This document shows positions 37,540-51,372 of a stretch of 64,000 nucleotides of DNA, piece after piece. The stretch spans positions 16,182,001 through 16,246,000 of the forward strand of contig CP075494.1 in the NCBI GenBank assembly GCA_021613535.1. Direction: 5' to 3'. Source of the DNA: Adineta vaga. Taxonomy: Eukaryota > Animalia > Rotifera. Position 1 is the stretch's first letter. Each line of letters opens with the position of its first letter. A program made the translations under genes and the position numbers. Below the pieces are notes generated by a model that ran no database searches, had not been told where the DNA came from, and was given only the letters and a program-made list of their open reading frames with translations.

Positions 37540-39320
37540 AATATGTTTATTTCGTATGGTATTAGAAATTTATGAGTACATATGATCAAGAAAGAACAGA
37601 ACAATGTACTGATGGCTTATATATACATTCGATTATATGTATGGAATGAAATATGTGATGGTAAACGAGATTGTTTAAATAGTAAAGATGAACAAAATTG
37701 TTCAATATTTGAATTACTAGATTGTCAAGAAGATTATCGATTTTTATATGGATTTTAGTCTATACCAAAATACTTTGTAATGGATTAATTGAACATAAAT
37801 ATGAAAATGAAACTGGATGAAACAGATTGTTATCTTTTTTTGGATCATGTGCATCACTATCAACAGTGTGTATAATACAAAATGGGATTGCAAGTAGAGT
37901 TGTAAGCCGTATGCGGTTGAGCTGTTGCCGCACCATGATACCTATATTAATATAAGATTTCTAAATATTTTCAGTGTCCAGAATCAGTATTTTTTTACCT
38001 ATAGTTTCTTGTTACAGCGTTCTGTATCATAGTTTTTAGTTTTTTTGCTTGAAAATTATACAAAAGGGAGACATTTTTTGAAAGAATAGCAGAAAATATT
38101 CTAGTCGTTATCGAGCGAGACGTACAGCTTACAGTTTGAATGACTTTGATAAAGTCAATTGTTTTAATTTCTATCAGCCAACTTTCAAAACATTTTGCCA
38201 ATTAAATGAACATGTTTACCATTGAATCGTGCAGATGATCAATTTAATAATTCATGTAATTTACAGAAAACTAATCATTTTCAATGTTATAATAATACAA
38301 AATGTTTATCATTAGATAAATTATGTGATGAAACAAATGATTGTCCATTTAGAGATGATGAAGAAGCAGCAATATGTCTTTATGGTTAGAGACATCATTG
38401 ACAAATTTTATGCTAAAAAGAAATTTTCTTTGTCAAGTTGATGTTTGTTTACATCGAAAATATCAATGTGATAGAATATTTAATTGTTTTGATAACGAAA
38501 CTGAATGGTTCTGTAATTTTAGTTTGCTAATTTATTTAATAGATAAAAAAAACTTTGTTTATGTCCACCAAATTTTTATGGTGATTGTTGCCAATATCAA
38601 TAAATAATAAAATTTCTTTTTTTCTCTTTATAATATACGAATACAAGTGAAATAATAGATTATGATGAAACTGTATATTTATCATTAAGGATAACATTAC
38701 AACTAAGTAAATATTATATTTATTTAGTTTATCCTGTTACAATGTCAACTATTGAATTTAAATGTGCTTGGTTATTTAGTATTCCAATTTCTATGGATAT
38801 TCTACCAGTACAAAGAGTTGTTAATCGTTTTGTTGTTAGATATTTAACGAATTTATTTTATCGTTATTGTTATCGTCAATATGGTTTGGTAATCAATGTC
38901 GATTTGAAATCCCATTGAATTTTTTTATCAATATCTATATGTTCATTGTCAAATATAGATCCAACAATGCACAAATAATGGTATATGATCATTAATGGAT
39001 GTACGTGATGGAGTTTGTTTATGTTTGGAACACAATATGAAGAATGAGTATGTCAAATAGAATCGTTACAAATTTCGTTAAAATTATCGAATTTTTTAAT
39101 TGAAGATAAAGATTTATCAGCAATTACTTATTCATATGAATTAATTTTTCAAGAAATAATTCAAGATTTATTATCATATGAAAATAATCGTTTATGGTGT
39201 GTTATTACATTTGATCAATTTAATTGAATGAAAAAATACTTTCCATTAATTTTATATAATGAATTTGTTAAAAAATAAACATTTGTTATATTACCATTAT
39301 TACTAAATAGAATTTACCAC
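37540..39320 (+). pseudogene. Degraded LDLa/EGF-rich receptor gene
   Basis: Fragments CDGKRDCLNSKDEQNC, FQCYNNTKCLSLDKLCDETNDCPFRDDE, CDRIFNCFD and LCPPNFYGDCCQYQ in broken frames with many stops. Confidence 0.6.
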
Positions 39321-40088
39321 GTTTAATATTTATGTTTTATTTTATTCGTTGTGTTATGAACATCTCATTTGTAAGAAAAATTCCATGAAAATACATAGTA
39401 TCAACGATTAAAAATAATCCTTTCATTTTTGACGAATAAGCATGGGATTTCTTACCAGCTATCAGTATAATTCTCAAGAGGGAAAGTGCACAGGTTAGGT
39501 GTCGTCACTGCCTATCTTAATTATGGATGTGCAGATGTCCACACTTTTGCCCTTAATAATTTCACAGGTTGTTCAATACTAGAAAAAAAAATTTTTCTCT
39601 TAATTTTTTGAACTATCTCGTGTTGATATTCGTATATAAAAAACAAAACTGTTTTCACAGTGAGAAAATTAATTAGTTACATGTTAACATACATCTCGAT
39701 AGAAAACAAAATCTTTGAGAAATCTATTTTAGTTGTAAGACGTTCTCTTCTCTGTTTTGTTACTTGTCTTAGAGTATGTTTCTGTTTCAAACTAACAGTA
39801 TTCCTTATAATCCATTACAAATATGAAAGATCGATATGTGTTGATTTTTCTCTTACCGATTTTGATAACGAGTAGAAAAATATCAAACCTTTCTTTGACT
39901 GTACTTTCAAGAAATTGTCGATGCATTCATGACATTTTTCTTTTGTCTTTGTTTCACTGAACTATATTGAAACTGTGGTAGTTGTCTTAAAATCAAATAG
40001 ACAGTTTCTGAGACAAAAAGCAAAAAAAATAGTTTGCTTCTATGATCTTACAATTACATCCCCCAAACAATATATCCATTTTAAGATA

Positions 40089-40134
40089 TGGTGTAGGTCA
40101 AGATATATCTTCTTCATCCACACTCACAATCTCA
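40089..40134. repeat. Telomere-like G/C palindrome, degenerate
   Basis: TGGTGTAGGT...atatcttctt-CATCCACACTCACAATCTCA. Confidence 0.65.
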
Positions 40135-40564
40135 AGATCACTAAATTTTTATTTTCATTTACTGATACTTTTGATTCAGAAAGAAGTTTTCATATTTCTT
40201 ATCCACTACCGTTTTCCTACTGTCTAAAAAAATCATGAACTATTTGCTTTTGTCGTCAGTGGAAGAAAACATAAAGATATGAAAAAGATCTTGATCGTTC
40301 ATTTGTACTCTGACAGAGTTCATGATCAGTTTTAGGTAGTTTCCTACTTTGCGTTGCAAGTCTTCTTCGATGGAAATATCTTTTTAAGCCTTCAGCAACA
40401 ATAATAACTCTTTACACATAAAAGAAACAAAGTCTGCCCTTTATATAGGAACAAACTTCGAGTAATTATTAATCCTAGTTTAATGAAGTAGTTATCAATA
40501 AAATCTGTTTTAGATGACCTTTATATGAGAATGAAAAAATAATGAATCTTAGGTTTCTATTGAT

Positions 40565-43386
40565 AGTATTTGAGAGAAATCCGTTGTTAATATAATATTC
40601 TCTGTGAAAGTACTGAAAAAGTACATATGATTAAAAGTAAAGAAGATGCTTTTTTCTACATTTGGATTGAAAAAGATAACTTTCATCATTTTACTGTTAA
40701 AACTAAAACACAATTAGTATTTTTATCTCTGTAAATTTTTCTTTGTTCTGGCTGAGTAAATTACTGGAACGATATCCACACGAGCTCCTCTTCTTTCACA
40801 AAAGATGCATAAAAAACTGAAACATTTCTTGAATTCTTTCCGAAATAATGTTGAAGTTAAGCGATGAACATAGAAGTTTATCTAAATAGAATCAAATTAG
40901 TTTCATTTCTCTAATAATTTACACTTACTGCATAATTAATACCCCAAAACCAAGTTAAAATTACAGATAAACTTGTGATAAATGGAACACTCAGATCATC
41001 GGAAACTAACACCACATAAACATACAGAATACGATAGACACCAATCTGAACAGTTGTAATGAAAAATATGATGACAGTTGTCAGCATGAGAAGAAATAAT
41101 TGATTTTGTACTCGATTGTTATGTCTCACTGTTTGTTTTCGATTTTGAACATGGTTTTGTCCTTGATGTATAGCCTTTTTCTGAAGACGTATCTTGATAA
41201 AAATATCAACAACGAAAAATAATATTAATGCAGCAGGAACAAGACAACTGATCGATGACTATCAATGACATGAACTTAAATTAATAAATGATCAATATGA
41301 AAATATCTTACTTGTAGAATAGGCCATGTTAGATAATAAAAATTGACAAAATCATTTGGGAAACCCAACATTGGTATACAGTCAAAATATGGCACGACAA
41401 AACCGGTCGATCCAAACAATGGTGTTAAGAACACGACATGAAGACCTATGGTGATACTATAGAGAATAACTATAGCTATCAAAGCTTTCTTTTGAGTGCA
41501 AATAGCAGGTGATTTGTATGGAAATCGTGTGCGAATCCATCGATCCATTGCAATAATGACAAGAATCCATGCTGAACAGAATTGACTCGCCTTCATAAGA
41601 AACTCACGCCAGCGACACATAAAATTGAGATCAATGCGTGTATCCAGTTGAAACTGTAAACCATAATTAATAAAATCAAAAATTAATGCAGATAAAAAGC
41701 ATATATCTGAGATAGCTAAGGCAATGTATAATGTGCCAGTTGAACTCGCTCTTAGTATTGGTCGAGTAAATGTAAGTAGACTAGCACTATTGCCAGTATA
41801 ACCAAGAATGAATAAACTCAGATAACCCCACGAATAAAATTTGGTAGCAAGAGGTGGAAAGAAATAGTCATCATAATCGCTTTTATAGCGTGACTGAGAG
41901 AGCACAACAGATGTATTTTCCATATTGTTGAAAACCAATTTATTTTAATTAATAATAGAATATAAAACAGAAGACTGCAGTAGACGTATATATATATTCT
42001 TTTTCTCTGTTTTCTTCTAATTTGTTTTACTCGTTTTTTTTAAATCTTTTCATAACTCTAGGTTATAATTATGTAAAGAGAGAGAGAGAGTGATAGGGAG
42101 AGAAGAAGCGATCATCCATCTTTGAACATTTCTCTCAAAAAACCACTAAAAGTATCTGACCGAGTAAATATCATATATTGATATTTATGTAGTCCTTAGT
42201 ACATCAATTCCTTCTATTTTGTGAACCGCACAGTTTTGTACACTCTTTCGAATGAGACATTGGTCGTCAAAAATGGATAAAATATGCTCAAGATATAGGC
42301 AAAATACTAGAGATAATTCTTTTCTTTGAGTATTCAGACCCCTCGCTGCTTCAATACCTGTAACTCCGTATCAGATTAACGTATAGAAGTCTTCCATAAC
42401 CTCAGTTTAGCGTGAGGGATGAAGTGACGAAGAAAATGATATATTAATTGCGACCATGAAATTGAGTTTTTTGATGGGCTCATGAGACTTCTCTTAACAA
42501 TTAGAAAATCTTAAGTGTTATAAATAGTATGATGCACACTGTTTTTGAGTTCTTTTGTTGGAAGGCTTTTCATATAAACATGTCATAATTATGCCATAAA
42601 CACGGCTTAAAATATCAGAGAAAAATTAGAATATAATTTATTTCAGATTATGATTTCTTGTAATGCTTATTCGTTCATAGAAAATTATTATGAAAATATA
42701 AAAATTGTAATAAACCCTTTGCTAATGAAACATTTGTGACAGAGTAAAGTTTAATAAAGTGAAAATGTAAATTTAGACGAACAAAAAGATCGTTATTAAC
42801 AGTGTTTTAGGGTATAATAATCTTTCAAATAATTCATTGTGGATCGTTTAGGGTACCTCATCAGTAAGGAAACAAATTCTAATTTTGAATTTTTTTCTTT
42901 CAGATCGCTATTTAGTTTTCATATTTATACGACAGATATTAAATTTTATACGTGAAATGTAAAGAAGGCAATGAAAAGTATTATATCCCTATCTTTGTCC
43001 TTATTTTGCATTCTATCCTTATGATTCTTTGTCCTTTTCTGATTTAGAAGAGTAAATAAGTCATTATTTCGTATGAGAACGATGTGACATTTGATATGAA
43101 GGAATAAACGGAAGCACAGCTTCATTAGCACTGGAGCATCTTCTATCGAAAATCATGACATGACAGATGTAGCATCTAAACAATATCTTTGTATTATAAT
43201 TAGTTCAACGGCGCACAATTTCGAAATAATCATCGGAAAGAAAATATATCTGATAGCTAGGCATGCAGTAATACCAAAACTCTTGGTTTTGCGATGGTTT
43301 TGACAGTTTTGGCATTAGTCTTGAGATGGTTTGGACAGATTTGATTCTATGCTTTTGAGATATTAGTACAACATGAATATTTTTAT
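40565..43386. repeat. Direct duplication, copy 1 (copy 2 at 58933-61597)
   Basis: Collinear near-identity over the GPCR, its introns and about 1.4 kb of upstream DNA. Confidence 0.92.
40723..41923 (-). CDS. Rhodopsin-family GPCR, copy 1
   Basis: MENTS start; GYTGNSASL, IAMDRWIRTRFP; introns about 41260-41309 and 40883-40926; ends INFYVH...KNLQR*. Confidence 0.88.
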
Positions 43387-43640
43387 AGAATAGATATCTA
43401 TCATATATTCTTACTAATTATCCTATATTTTTCAAGTTGAACTATAGACGTGTAATATTTTAATGCGTCTTAGAAAAATGTGCTTTCTTTTATCAATTTT
43501 GTGTTGATAAAAGTTAAAATATCACTTAAAAACTATCGATCAGTTCATCTTAAAAACACAGTGTGAAAAAAATACTTCTGACAAATTGAACGAAAACGTT
43601 TTATACTAATACTATCAATGATTTCCAGGAAGTTTGAATA

Positions 43641-43685
43641 AGGGTATGAGTGTGGGTGAAGAAGAGATACATTGACCCACACCCT
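43641..43685. repeat. Telomere-like G/C palindrome
   Basis: AGGGTATGAGTGTGGGTG-aagaagagatacattg-ACCCACACCCT; spacer core in reverse orientation (AAGAGAT). Confidence 0.9.
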
Positions 43686-43789
43686 ACAAATCACGTGATA
43701 TCATATCATATCGTTGGATATTTCTTATAATCAATTATTGATGTAAATTCGTGTGTCTGAAAGTAGAGATAAACTGTCATTTATTAGTT

Positions 43790-45178
43790 TCAGGGTTCAT
43801 TTGAATTAATTGTTCAGTTTTTAAAAATTTCAAAAGTTGTTGATTTTTTTCCATCTCTAAAATATCATTCAACGTCTGACCATGAAAGTTTGCTTTCTGT
43901 TGATAACATCCAATTTTAATGAGATATTGAATAAGTAAAAATCGACCACCATTAACTTTAAGACAAGTATATAATAAAAGATCATTTCCATCATCATCTA
44001 AAGAGATAGATTAAATTTTTAATAAATCCATTTTCTGTATTATTTAATAGATAAAATAAACATTGTTTGTTTGTTTGTAAAGAAAGATTCCATAGTAATT
44101 TCTCATTGAGAAATCTATTCAATAAATATCTTCCTCGTTGACTTGCAAGTGTTAAATCAAAAAGATGATTTCTTCGATTCGATTGTGTTTTATGAAATAA
44201 TCGATCAATTGAAAAAATCTTTCATTTGTTTTTTTCAATAAATTTATCTTCATTTTCGTTGTATATTCAACAAATAATAATTTTAAGACTTCTTTTTGGA
44301 TTGTTTGGAAATAAATATTATCATTCATAATGTATTTATCGAAACAAATGGATTCGAACCAATATTGATCATCAAATGTAGAAATTAAAGCTTGAATTGA
44401 GAAAAGAATAAGATCGATTATGATCTGATACAATTTTATATTGTATTTTATGCTTTTAAAATGATTCATAAGATAGAAAAAGCCATGTATATTCATGGAT
44501 ATACAATGATTATTGAAATAAATATATTTTAAATAATAAACATGTGAAATAATTAATGCTTTGAGCATATTAATTAAATGTAGATGAAGTAATCGAGATT
44601 TTGTTAGGACTAATTGTTGATGAGAAAACAAAATTGTATGAAAGAATGATTTGAAGAAAATATATTACATGTTTTCAGTGTGTAATCATCAATATAAAGA
44701 CTATTTGTGAATATTAAAGAACTAATTTGATTAATATTTGTCATATGAAGACTTTTTCAATTATTTAATTATTCAATTTGATTTCTGAGTTGACAACGGA
44801 GACGTTTTGTTTGCTGACGATTGTAATGAATGTGTTGAGATAGAAACATGGTCATTTTTAACTTAAATTCATTTCCTAATTGAATGTATTTTCTTTTAAA
44901 ATGATCAATAATATATTCATTGTTCTTTGTTGCTTTGATTGATAATATTAGATCTTAAAACACTGAAGAATCATTTATATGAGTGAAATCTTCATCAAAA
45001 CTTCTATTTAAATACAAAAAAACTGAGTCCAATAATGAGAACGTCGATCACAAAGGATATTATTTAGACGATTATTTTATCCAAGATATGTTTTTAACAC
45101 AGAATAAATATCACCAGAATATTCCATAATGGTCATAATGATTTCATCGGATAAATTTTCAAAACTTGTTATCAACAT
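43790..45178 (-). pseudogene. F-box protein pseudogene
   Basis: MLITSFENLSDEIIMTIMEY (F-box-like), then YLG*NNRLNNIL and further frame breaks. Confidence 0.6.
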
Positions 45179-45331
45179 ATTCGAAGTTACTTTTCCTATC
45201 GTCAAAAGAACGATTTATATAATTTTCGAATGACAAAATATGTTATTGCACCATTGATTGGCATATACATGAGTCATACATAGCGACTTGTGTAATACCA
45301 AAATATTTATCAGAAATTTTGAATTAAAAGA

Positions 45332-45434
45332 AGGGTACAGGTGTGAGTATATGAGTGTGGCGGTGGTTGAGGTTGAAGCGTGGGTATGGGTGCTACAGTC
45401 ATTTAAGATCTCTACCCACACCCACACCCACCCT
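45332..45434. repeat. Telomere-like G/C palindrome, long G arm
   Basis: AGGGTACAGGTGTGAGTATATGAGTGTGGCGGTGG...GTGGGTATGGGTG...gatctct-ACCCACACCCACACCCACCCT, ending about 10 bp before an acceptor/ATG. Confidence 0.9.
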
Positions 45435-45445
45435 TTTTTCATAGA

Positions 45446-48390
45446 ATGCAATGGTTTCTCAAAATCACTTTATTATGCTTATTTATATTATGGATTTTGG
45501 GTGTTCTTACAAGCTTCATATTTACGTTTTTACCAAGAAATGAAGAAACTGGTGCTGCTTCTATTGGTTTTACTGACGAAGCAAGTATGAAAAAGATATG
45601 ATGATATTATTCTACTAATAATCAAATATTTATTCCAGAATAGTGATGTAATCTACTTTTTTCATATTTTTGTAGCTTCAACTATTGTCAACCTCAATTA
45701 TGACACAGATGTTACAAATAATGGCTCATTAGTAGTTACAAATCTACTAGGACTTGCTGATCAAGTAAGATTATGTAAAAATTTCCATCTTAAATATATT
45801 TAATTGATTTTATTCTTCATAGATTGCTAAAACATACAGTGTATCTCGTAATATGGTGCGAGTGTTTTCAGCTCGATTTATTCAGAGTTTGATTTTGACG
45901 AGAAAAAAACGACAAAGGTAACTATTGCTGATCTCATAATATCGAAGTTAAAGATGAATATTGAGAATATTTATGATTTATTTACTTTAATAATTTGATC
46001 AGATTGTTTGATTAGATCTCAAATACGCATGAAATTACATCGCTTTCTTTTTAACAAACATAAATTTCGATGATTGCATTATAATTGTGCGCAACTGCGA
46101 CATAATCTTTCTGCCTCTCATAAATCTTGTGGCTTTTCTATATTAGATATATGACAGATCTCAGTACTCTGATCAGATGCTATCACTTATCTGGTTGAGA
46201 CTAAAAGAAAATTACTAGACAAAGAAGAAAGTTAAGACTTTTATATCATGCGAATTTAAGCATTTTCTTGAGATCCGCTAAGAACGAATTCTTTAAATCT
46301 TTTAATCACAGTAAAGAAAACACGAGGAAATAAACAAATAAAATAAGCGCAATAATAATTGTTAAAACGAAGCAAATAGAGAGATCAGAGCGCATGACAT
46401 AAGTTTTGAATCATCTGCTTTTAATAATACCATAATCAAAAATGCCTAGAGAGGGAACAGGTGATTCAATCTCATTGAAACAGTGACTTGCAAATCATAT
46501 TAGTTGGATTGCATTTTTTGCTTCTATTATATAGTACATCGGTCGCTAATAATACAAATATTCGAACGAAACTGCAACTTGTCATCGAAACACAATTTAT
46601 ATATCCACGTTCATGTGGTGGTGTAAAAATTTGTAATGATCGTTTTATTAATTCTATTCGAAACACGATTGAAAGAATCGATTCAGAAGTTCCTTTTACA
46701 GTATCATTAACGAACGGTAATATTTTAAATATTAATGTTGTTTTTCAATCGTTCGATCGAACAACTTCCACACCCACCACCACCACAACAACAACAACTA
46801 CCGATACTACTTCTACTTCAGCTACAACATCAACTACAACAACAGCAACAACTACTACAACAACTACAACAATACCACCAGGTCAGTGATATACTACAGT
46901 AGTTGATATTTAGTCATCGAAAAGGCATTACACAGAAATCACGTCCAATTCTGTATCGTTTTGTTTACTAAGTGCCTTGATTTTACTGATATTTTTTCTA
47001 CTAGATAGAGTATATACGGATGAAGGAGAAAATACAAAGTTTAATTTCAAAAAGAAGAATTGCTCTAGAGATATATACTTTAAGAATACCTTGAATAGTA
47101 GATTGGTTTCAGAGAGACACATATATTCTCAACGTAGACTTATTTGATATGAACTTATGATTGAAACACTTCATATAATGGAAAGTATAAATACTATGGA
47201 AATTACCTAAAATCCAAATTTTTGTCCTCTTCAAGACAATCATAAACTTTCTAAACTATTTATCGAGCTGAGTTTAGTATAAATTTATATTATGAGATAA
47301 ATTAAATATATAATTTAGTATAGAATAGTCTTAAAGTATTGTATCGATAGTATGAATTTGATAATGCTTTATACATATTAATCACAATAGACAGACGATA
47401 AACATAAGTTTTCGTGATTGAGTTTATAAATCGAATTTTCAATAAAATGAAGCAAGGATTCAATGAGAACATATTTCATACTTTCAAATAATGAATATAT
47501 CTTATTAAAATCGTTAAATGAATGAAGCAGATGTAAAGACAATATATGATTATTAGTCAATTTACAGAAATATGCAACAGTAAAGCAGACGATTTATTTT
47601 GAATTAATTCATCAAAAAATCAAAACCTTGTAGGGAGTTTGTTTCTTATGAAAACTGGTGTAAAATTAGTCTTTTACTCATAAAAACAAAGAAGAACTCG
47701 ATGGAGTTTTAAGAACATTAAATATATGATTCATTGATGAACATGTTTCTATATAACTATGTAAAAATTCTTTAAAGAACAATATTTTTTCTCACTTGTC
47801 TGCTTGATCAAGAATGGGCACTTGCAAGCAACTTTAGAGTAATTCGATTTACTCATGCAGATATTTTATTACCAGATGGGAACGTATTACTTATTGGTGG
47901 AAATCATTTATCTGATTATCTTCGTAATGTTGAATCATATGATCCAAAAACTAATCTTTGGACAGACATAGCAGCCATGGCTAGCAAACGACGTTTGCTT
48001 AGAGCATGCTTGTTAAAAAATGGACAAGTATTAGCTATTGGTGGGCTTTCTAGTTCGGGTGTTTATCTTGCTACCACTGAATTACTTAATCCAACATTAA
48101 ATTCTTGGAGCTATTCAGGAACAATGAATTCTCAACGAGGTATTCATACAGCATCTCTATTAGCAGATGGATATGTATTGGTTGCCGGTGGACGCACTTC
48201 TAGTGGTCCTGTTAATACTGCTGAATTATATGATCCAACAACAGATATTTGGACAACAATAGAAAACATGAGTTTCTCACGATATTGGCATTCATCAACT
48301 CTATTAGACGATGGAAGAGTATTAATTGCTGGTGGAGCTGATGGTACTGTTGTTCATAATAGCGTTGAAATTTATACATATGTAGATTGA
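45446..48390 (+). CDS. Membrane protein: TM, RKKRQ site, Cys domain, Thr stalk, Kelch repeats
   Basis: MQWFLKITLLCLFILWILGVLTSFIFTFLP; exons at about 45676-45763 and 45823-45917 (LTRKKRQ); 46535-46881 (YPRSCGGVKIC...TTTT); terminal Kelch exon about 47812-48390 (HTASLLADGYVLVAGG). Joining to the Kelch exon is inferred. Confidence 0.65.
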
Positions 48391-49005
48391 ATTATTAACT
48401 TTCATGATGTTGTTCAAATACTTGACTCTAAATTCTTTTTCTTTTTTTCTAATTTATCATTAATAAAAAATACTTATAAAAGACATATTTAATGAAAAGA
48501 AAAATGTATTTTTAATCAGTTTAAACTATCAATGTGGAATGGTTACTTCTAGAGAGATATAAATAAATAACGTTGATCTTTTGAATTTGCCAACCCTTTT
48601 CTGAAAGAATGATTTACCTAAAAAAACAAATGAAAATTAATGGATCTCGTAAAAATATTTTGAAGATGAATATTGATCTGTCCCGATAGCACATAATATG
48701 CAAAGTATATTCCTAATATTGCCACATTAGTTGATATTCAATTAAAATGTCTTCTAAATAGTGTTCAATTATTTTGATGTTTGATCACATTCTTGTATTC
48801 TTTTAGGAAGAAACATCGTTTTATTATGTTATATTTCTGCATCCTCTGATAAAATTTTATTTTAGAAAATTAGAGAACAGGAAAAGACACGAATTGATCA
48901 TTCATTTCAGGTAAGGAGTATTAAGATGTAATGCGTATCCCTCGCTTGTTAAGAATTCTAGAGATGGCAGGAAATTCATCCACACTATATTCTGTTTCAA
49001 TATCT

Positions 49006-49053
49006 AGAAGATGTGAGTAAGGAACAAAACCACCACATCTGTGCACACCCTCA
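49006..49053. repeat. Telomere-like G/C palindrome, degenerate
   Basis: AGAAGATGTGAGT...CACATCTGTGCACACCCTCA. Confidence 0.5.
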
Positions 49054-49609
49054 CTATTTAAAAGGTGTGAATGTGACTAGATGGATTATAGCTGTGAATG
49101 AATACTGTTACTTTTTTACCTCGATTTTCATCGAGGTTTAAAAGAACATGTTCTCAGAAATATTTCATACAAAGATTTTTTTCAAAGAACAGGATTTGAT
49201 AGGCGGATCTTGCATTAAATATTTTCTGTCCTCTTGTCAATAAAAAATCGGATTGAACCCAAATATCGTCTAAAACAAAAGCCGCTTTCCATAATTAGAA
49301 AAGGTTAATTTCAGGTAATACCCTTATATTGACTAAAACTAGATATCTAAAAGTATTTCAAATTAATTTTTCTTTCATGTTAATTATTGTATGAAAACGC
49401 TCTATTCATTTTAATAAATTTCTAGCATGGCAACTTTGTTGTTTTTACCAAATATTATACTAGATTTAATCAGTATCAATCTTTGTTGTGTGACTATTGG
49501 TGTATCATTTATTTTCATGTTCTTAATCTTCTCATTCGTCATCAATTAACACAATCCAAAGAAAATGTTCATTTTCTTCTTAATTTTAATATGTATTTGA
49601 GTCCATTTA

Positions 49610-49658
49610 AGGATGGGTGTGGGCGAGAATACCCATATCTTCAATCTCACCCACACCT
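49610..49658. repeat. Telomere-like G/C palindrome
   Basis: AGGATGGGTGTGGGCGAGA...atatcttc...TCTCACCCACACCT. Confidence 0.85.
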
Positions 49659-50102
49659 GTAGCTGTCACAAAGTGACAGGAGATATACAGAAGTACAGTT
49701 CTGTATCCATCATCACAACATATTCTTTTATAAGTTATAAATCAACACTAGATTTCTCTCTAACACGATTTAGAGGAAATCTATGTTTTTTTTTTATAAT
49801 CAAATGAGGACAGATTAACGTCTTTTTTCTCATGAAATATAAAAGTATGTTTTTATGTAATCACGTGTCTATGATGTGACATGAATTTTCACTTCATCAC
49901 TATAAGCTAGATGTTAACAATAGAAGATAGCGCCATCTGACAAAAAGAAAAAGTTGAATTCGATTTGCAAAACAATTTTGTTTTCTTCGTTATGTTGTTA
50001 AAAAATGCATGTTGAGTCAGCACATCTATACTTGAAAATTCCAACAACATGAAGACAGATATATAGACGATAATAATTATCACAAAAGAAATTTAAATAC
50101 AG

Positions 50103-51196
50103 ATGATGACGCAAAAGCATGTAATGTTATCTTACGAATGGACTGTACAAAAATTAGTTTTAAAAGTTTATGATTATTTACAACAAAAAGAAATACTATT
50201 ATGGATGGATATTAAAGCTGGTATATCTTCAGACAATCTCTATGAAGGGTAATGAAATTTAATCAAGTAAAAGACTTTATATCTACTCTCATATACATTT
50301 AGTATTAGTGAAGCAGTTGAAAATACTAATTGTTTTGTCTGTTTTATGACACCTGAATATCAAAATTCAGAATTTTGTAAACAAGAATTTCTATATGCAC
50401 AAAAACTTAAAATACCAATCATACCATTAAAACTAGTAGAAAACTAGGAACCATCCCGTTGGTTAGGTATTGCTCTATACAAATCTTTTTCAAACAGAAA
50501 TATTTTTATATTTTTTAGGTTTGATAACAGCTGGTTTAGTTTGGCTTGATTTTTATCATATAAATAATCTTTCGAAAAAAGCTAGTCGATTATATAATCG
50601 TATATGTAAAACAACAGAGATTCAATCACAATCTTCAGAAGATGTAAAAGTACAGGAGAGAGAAATGATTCAGAAACCAGCATCTCAATCATTACGCACT
50701 TATTCTTCATGTAGACCAAATAAAACATGTAAAAGAAATCTTTTCATATAGGTATTTTTATGTATTCTATCCTTTCTTTTATATTTCTTTAGTAAAACAG
50801 TGGGAAATGGATAAAAATGATGGTAATAATAGTGTCAGACATTCTCTTCGAAACCCAAACAATCAACGTTTGTTTGAAATATCTGATAAATCTACAGTGA
50901 AATATAATACAAATAAAAATCCGTTTCAAAACCAAATACATCGACCAAATAAAACTATACAACGTTCTATTAATGATATGAATCTCATTGTAAAGGAAAC
51001 TCGAAGAGAAAACATTGTCAGTACACAGAATAGAAGGATTCAACACAGACCGTTGACAACGAAACCATCGTATAATAGTTATAATGCACCATTTGCATGG
51101 AATCTACCAAGTATGAACGATGATAGTGGCAAAGAAGAAGAAGACGAAGAAGATGATGATGATAATGAACAAAATGCTTGTAAAGTTCGATGGTGA
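50103..51196 (+). pseudogene. TIR-domain (TIR_2-type) gene with a premature stop
   Basis: HVMLSYEW...LWMDI...|ISEAVENTNCFVCFMTPEYQNSEFCKQEFLYAKKLKIPIIPL; TAG at 50445-50447 where Trp is expected (EN*EPSRWLG). Confidence 0.8.
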
Positions 51197-51372
51197 TTTT
51201 TAAAATATTCAAAGTTGATATGATTCAGTTTAATAATATATGAGAATATCTATCGTTTTGAAATAAAAAAGAGAAGTTTTTTTTTCGTCTGATAATAATA
51301 TCGTAATAAAGTTAATTTCTTCGTCATAAACTAATACAAACTATAATACACATTCATAATCTATGAATGATA

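Noticed and set aside
45215-45590. ORFs containing WVWV and THTHP stretches
   Set aside because: Translations of the telomere-like arms, not proteins; the same applies to the ORFs at 51802 and 55528.
49119-49679. Small hairpins CCTCGAT-tttc-ATCGAGG and CTGTCAC-aaa-GTGACAG
   Set aside because: 7-bp stems are expected by chance; no supporting Helitron ends.
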